A stretch of DNA of 64,000 nucleotides from a bacterium (GTDB taxonomy: Bacteria; Hinthialibacterota; Hinthialibacteria; Hinthialibacterales; Hinthialibacteraceae): positions 960,001 through 1,024,000 of the forward strand of contig CAXXMV010000008.1 in the NCBI GenBank assembly GCA_963662285.2. The letters run 5' to 3'. A program made the translations under genes and the position numbers. Below are positions 60,901 to 64,000 of the stretch, piece after piece. The notes under the pieces were generated by a model, which saw nothing but the letters and a program-made list of their open reading frames with translations, was not told the DNA's origin and ran no database searches. How positions within the stretch are numbered: the stretch's first letter is position 1; the number at the start of each line of letters is the position of its first letter.

Positions 60901-63799
60901 TGGAAAAAGCGTTTTCTTCCAGGTTATTGTGGAGGGACTTAATGGATTTAATGATAAAGTCTATCTGCAACTCAAAAAATTGCCTGCCGGATTTGATGCA
61001 CGCATCTTTCCCGATACGCTTATCCCGCCAAGCCGGGCTACGCTTATCCTGACTCCAAAATCGGACGCTGGAATATTTGATAATGCTGATGGATATGGGG
61101 TCGAAGAATTTGTGATCCAGGCGCTCCCGTCCAAGATCAAATCCGTTGAAGAAACAGCTTATATCAATATCCTTCCTCGGGGAGCAATGATCTTAAAAGA
61201 TCCCGTTCCAAGAGAGCCATATCAAATCGATCTCCGCTCCACATCGAAAGGAGAAGAAACTGTCGGTCAAACAGTAAAAATCAAAGGCCAGATTTATAAT
61301 AATCCCGCAATTCGATATATCACAGTCAGCGCTTTACGACCGGGGGAGTTTGCGCCTGAGATTCATCCGAATGTTGAAGTCTCTGAACGCGGGGGATATT
61401 TCGATACGGAATTTGAGATTCGCCATTCAGATCAGTTAGTTCTTGATTCCAATGACGCGCCATGGAAAATCGAAGCCTTTTATAAAAGCGGTACGCGCGA
61501 CAATCCGTTCAACGCCGTCAGCGAGCCGCTTTATTTGCGCGTCGGCGAATCGAATCCGATTGCTGGAAAGCGAAGCCGCCGTCAACTGAATATGATCGCA
61601 TCCACCGATGATGATCAATTAAAAATCCTTCACGGAAAAGTAATCATAGTCGGCGGCGCAAGCGACGGATCGATCAGCGTTAACGCTATCTATAATTTGA
61701 CATCGACATTATATAGAAACCTGATTAACGAACGGCGTTTCAATCCGGATTCCATCCATTACCTGGCGCCCGTTCCGGTCGATCCATCCATCGGTCAGAA
61801 AACGAGCAACCAAGCGTTAAGCACAGCTATCGACAATGCAAATGACGCAGATTACCTTCTTATATATCTGGTCGGAGGAGGAGGAGATGGATATTTCTAT
61901 CTGTCTTCGCAAGAACGTTTGACCGGCGATTCTTTGAAATCACTTCTTTATGAGCGTATTCAAAATACTGAAAAATATACTCTTATTGTTGTAGATGCCC
62001 CACAAGCAGGCATCATGAAAAGCATTTTCCCAATCCAACCCAATCTAGAAGTTATCGCCAGCACCGGTTCGAGCGAAGACAGCATTGCCATCTTCAGCGT
62101 ATCGGATGAAGGGCAGCCATTCTCATTTTCCGATCTTTTCTTTGATGGATTGATGAGAGGAAAAACCATCCGGGATTCACTTGCCTATTCCCGCAAGCAT
62201 TTGCGAAGAATTCAGGAACCGAATATTCAACAAATCCCCGTTCCATTGGAAAACGACCTTTCCGAACCGTTTGCATCACTCGTTCTTGGTACGGCATATA
62301 CGCCGGAAAACGAACCGATGGCGGACAACCTGCCTCCACGAATCGAAGAAGTCCCCGATTCGATGAAAATATTACGCGGTGGAACGTTGCATCTCAAGGT
62401 TAAAATTAGGGATGAAGAGGAAGAGGATAAAGACAGCAGCGGTGAAGATGTGATTCTATCAGTTCGAATCACAGAATTTGGAACATCCATTAGTTATGAA
62501 ATTCCAGCGACGTATCTACCCGATAGCGACGAGTTGGATATACATGTTGAGAATTTCCCCATCGAGCCATTCGGAGAAAATGCTCCTAACGGACAATATA
62601 CATTGAGCATGCTCGTTCAAGACAAAACGGACAACTCAACTGCGCCCGCAATTACGTCGATTGATGTAATAGCGCCAATGCAAACTTATGAGTTCGGTGA
62701 AAGCAGTTTAGCTGAATCCGGTTGGGCGGAAATTGCAGGTGGTTTTTCCGGAGCGATCCCGGGAAGGATATCAATGCAAGGTTTTAACAATCCAAGCATC
62801 ATACCTTCCAGCCAGGATCAAAAAGGAATGGCCATCCAGGTTGAACCGGGACAAGTGGCTTTCGTTTACGCCACAACTCCAATTCAGACCAACGGTAATC
62901 CAATATTGCTCCGAGCCATGATGCGTTCCACCTCGCAAAATGCCGCCATTTGGTGCGTCGGATTGAAAGGCGATTTGAGTAAAACTGAACAGGTAGACGG
63001 TTCGTTGACTTTAACTAACGCCATGACGGCCAGCGCTTTTCTCGCTCAAGAGAAGCACAATATTCTTTTGTATAATCCCATCGGCGAAGAACCAGTAACT
63101 CCGGTAATTCAAGTTCAAGGAAATGGAGATAGCGCAACCACTGTCTGGATCGACCGAGTTGAAATATATGAAATCGATCCAACCAAATCATATCCAAGCG
63201 AACTGTTCACGATGATTGAGACCCAGCCTAACAGCCAAACAGCGCAAACAAGTTTTCAGCCGGATGCGGTTTATGAATTCGATGGCGCGTCACAATGGTT
63301 AGAAATTCCAGGAGGCTTTGAAGGCGCTAATCCCGGTTCTATTGATTTAGTCGACTTTGGTAATAATTACAATATTTTGCCTTCAAGCTTAGACCGTAAA
63401 GGACTTGCAGTTTCTATGGATAAAGATGAACTGGCGCTGATATTCTCCGCATTGCCTATACCGGTTGAGAATGAACCAGTTTTAATGCGTATGAAGGTTC
63501 AGGCCAGTTCTTCAAATGTCTCTAACTGGTTGATTGGCCTCAAAGGGAATGTTGCTACAGGCGAAAATGTTGATGGATCGAAGGGTTATAATTACCTATC
63601 TCAATCCTATGATTATTCGAATTCAGAGAAGACGATTATTCTTCTTTATGAGCCAGATTCGGGAACGTTGATTACCCCTGGAATTCAAGCGACGAACAAG
63701 TCAGGAAATGGACAAGCGATTCTATATATTGATCGCATGGAAATATACAAACTGAAATCCGGTTTATACTATCCCGGCTCATTATTCAATGGAGAATAA
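57932..63799 (+). CDS. 1955-aa secreted multidomain surface protein (beta-sandwich, 5-bladed propeller-like, cadherin/Ig-like, PT linker, degenerate clan-CD peptidase fold, two C-terminal repeats)
   Basis: Long ORF with signal peptide; GTPSVIQK..YYLFYT and YPSVI propeller-like motifs; NQPPVI; (EPPTFTPTATSxPTx)n; LIYLVGGG and VVDAPQAG. Confidence 0.8.
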   Translation: MMKYRVNFHFIKQLIIYGTYLILITLSAGAKPRIVLIKDFLSDISLQNAVWRDTGLQAFEFSSRQAGTERAGTGFINHCADIHTNPSKDLHSSIYGSYIINLPDLKRIQLELRYDLFKNANGVFKHSDFYVKVIEKNELGKYHATAIFHDPNLEQQTQIDSIKKEEDREFTSHPFIVDLSPWRGEKLIRIDLVVDTPSGITVPCHGRWVEASLKGTTFNIALGEVQKITGKQASRNSNNSLSINPQLLRDSETGERQDISINDLSNYPDTGITTVNLNGRWLAYTHAINSYNNSNKRGTVVFDLSSYSSENLYTISVDDFAKTLVRGESLHSAEPALSGNPFLLFEPSDYSSRIDNYYTGVSSAVVNNSQVHAFLNLHDRYLNLSYHNWDYTRIGYARSQDTWDHDGYEFGEIYSIIEGYQSESSINATRNTYGVGTPSVIQKGNYYYLFYTRWLDRKFISDSLDSICVARAYKNDLFNSNIEISTQAWKKYYLGSWSENGIGGKSSPILNQGWSWRAFPKVHFNTHYNEYVMLCLGPSGVYMYMTDNQDLTDWGSSVLLQGLESYPQALYPSVIGQGGSDTECDQYGMLYYAYDTNQTLGGHTMARRQIYFDGKPSPPVASIDSIRIDDESVPVDISPITLNEGRKLKIAFSGYDPGNTNPTYTHGLNPPSVPAIIETSVNSEGFITGTLTYTPGQNDADILDNGNDSTNDPFLFQFRVTNEFEESVINIVVDIINSNQPPVISTTYKIQGSYTTPIPINDGNTINAEAGQTLVFNYQAVDEDGDAIMLPEHPIISGPDDLTSSLTVTNVETNSIDWLLVIEIPSEINLLGEEITIEQYVEDEHNVLRKVTYYIYVKPLPPTPTFTFTPTYEPPTFTPTATSIPTPEPPTFTPTATSIPTPEPPTFTPTATSTPTLEPPTFTPTATSTPTLEPPTFTPTATSTPTLKPPTFTPTATSTPTPEPPTPTPEVTSSEPGVYITTKEILRRCSGKSVFFQVIVEGLNGFNDKVYLQLKKLPAGFDARIFPDTLIPPSRATLILTPKSDAGIFDNADGYGVEEFVIQALPSKIKSVEETAYINILPRGAMILKDPVPREPYQIDLRSTSKGEETVGQTVKIKGQIYNNPAIRYITVSALRPGEFAPEIHPNVEVSERGGYFDTEFEIRHSDQLVLDSNDAPWKIEAFYKSGTRDNPFNAVSEPLYLRVGESNPIAGKRSRRQLNMIASTDDDQLKILHGKVIIVGGASDGSISVNAIYNLTSTLYRNLINERRFNPDSIHYLAPVPVDPSIGQKTSNQALSTAIDNANDADYLLIYLVGGGGDGYFYLSSQERLTGDSLKSLLYERIQNTEKYTLIVVDAPQAGIMKSIFPIQPNLEVIASTGSSEDSIAIFSVSDEGQPFSFSDLFFDGLMRGKTIRDSLAYSRKHLRRIQEPNIQQIPVPLENDLSEPFASLVLGTAYTPENEPMADNLPPRIEEVPDSMKILRGGTLHLKVKIRDEEEEDKDSSGEDVILSVRITEFGTSISYEIPATYLPDSDELDIHVENFPIEPFGENAPNGQYTLSMLVQDKTDNSTAPAITSIDVIAPMQTYEFGESSLAESGWAEIAGGFSGAIPGRISMQGFNNPSIIPSSQDQKGMAIQVEPGQVAFVYATTPIQTNGNPILLRAMMRSTSQNAAIWCVGLKGDLSKTEQVDGSLTLTNAMTASAFLAQEKHNILLYNPIGEEPVTPVIQVQGNGDSATTVWIDRVEIYEIDPTKSYPSELFTMIETQPNSQTAQTSFQPDAVYEFDGASQWLEIPGGFEGANPGSIDLVDFGNNYNILPSSLDRKGLAVSMDKDELALIFSALPIPVENEPVLMRMKVQASSSNVSNWLIGLKGNVATGENVDGSKGYNYLSQSYDYSNSEKTIILLYEPDSGTLITPGIQATNKSGNGQAILYIDRMEIYKLKSGLYYPGSLFNGE
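60548..60838 (+). repeat. 45-bp coding tandem repeat (EPPTFTPTATSxPTx), 6 full copies + partial
   Basis: Units start at 60548, 60593, 60638, 60683, 60728, 60773 and 60818 (partial). Confidence 0.95.
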
Positions 63800-63818
63800 T
63801 ACATATTATGAGTGAAAC

Positions 63819-63849
63819 AAAAAGCCCTTCTTGGCGAGAAGGGCTTTTT
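63819..63849. terminator. Bidirectional intrinsic terminator
   Basis: AAAAAGCCCTTCT-tggcg-AGAAGGGCTTTTT between convergent genes. Confidence 0.85.
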
Positions 63850-63871
63850 AGCGAAATATCATGGCTAGATT

Positions 63872-64000
63872 CTATTTATGATTAAAAACGACATCGGTAA
63901 TCATATCATCATCAGGACCTTCTTGATCATCACCAGTTCGCATTGGATGATTGTAGACTGTAATATTATAGTTTGCTGCATACTTATAATTTGGACGATC
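63872..64000 (-). CDS. 3' end of a hypothetical gene entering from beyond the window
   Basis: Open frame DRPNYKYAANYNITVYNHPMRTGDDQEGPDDDMITDVVFNHK* ending just before the bidirectional terminator. Confidence 0.5.
   Translation of the reverse strand, partial: DRPNYKYAANYNITVYNHPMRTGDDQEGPDDDMITDVVFNHK

Noticed and set aside
1-64000. Genome-wide TAG recoding (alternative genetic code)
   Set aside because: surE, priA, alaS, the sulfatase and others end at TAG at their expected C-termini; only one internal TAG was seen.

Overview
Bacterial chromosomal window with about 37 genes and no rRNA, tRNA, CRISPR array or transposase that I can see. Housekeeping genes (surE, priA, an RlmD/TrmA-family methyltransferase, alaS, a HAS-barrel/HerA pair) are interleaved with AT-rich signalling genes and many secreted, largely glycan-related proteins. 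The style of the pilin-like genes (FTLIELLIVVAIIGILAAIAVPNFLNAQI...YDSSNGL) suggests an uncultured lineage such as Sumerlaeota or OLB16/Hinthialibacter; this is inference from recollection. The strongest unexplained signal is a short C-terminal tag, [S/T/V]-x-[V/I]-x-x-[W/F]-x-x-[Y/F]-COOH. It is shared by six unrelated signal-peptide-bearing proteins and absent from the cytoplasmic ones, making it a candidate protein-sorting/secretion signal. One tagged gene lies directly between two variable pilin-like genes. Other highlights: a secreted active caspase-like protease next to a 1955-aa surface protein with a catalytically dead clan-CD domain; a CotH gene with an in-frame TAG and apparently nested circularly permuted domains; three clustered +G frameshifts; and several families of intergenic palindromes/REP-like repeats, one showing base-pair covariation.
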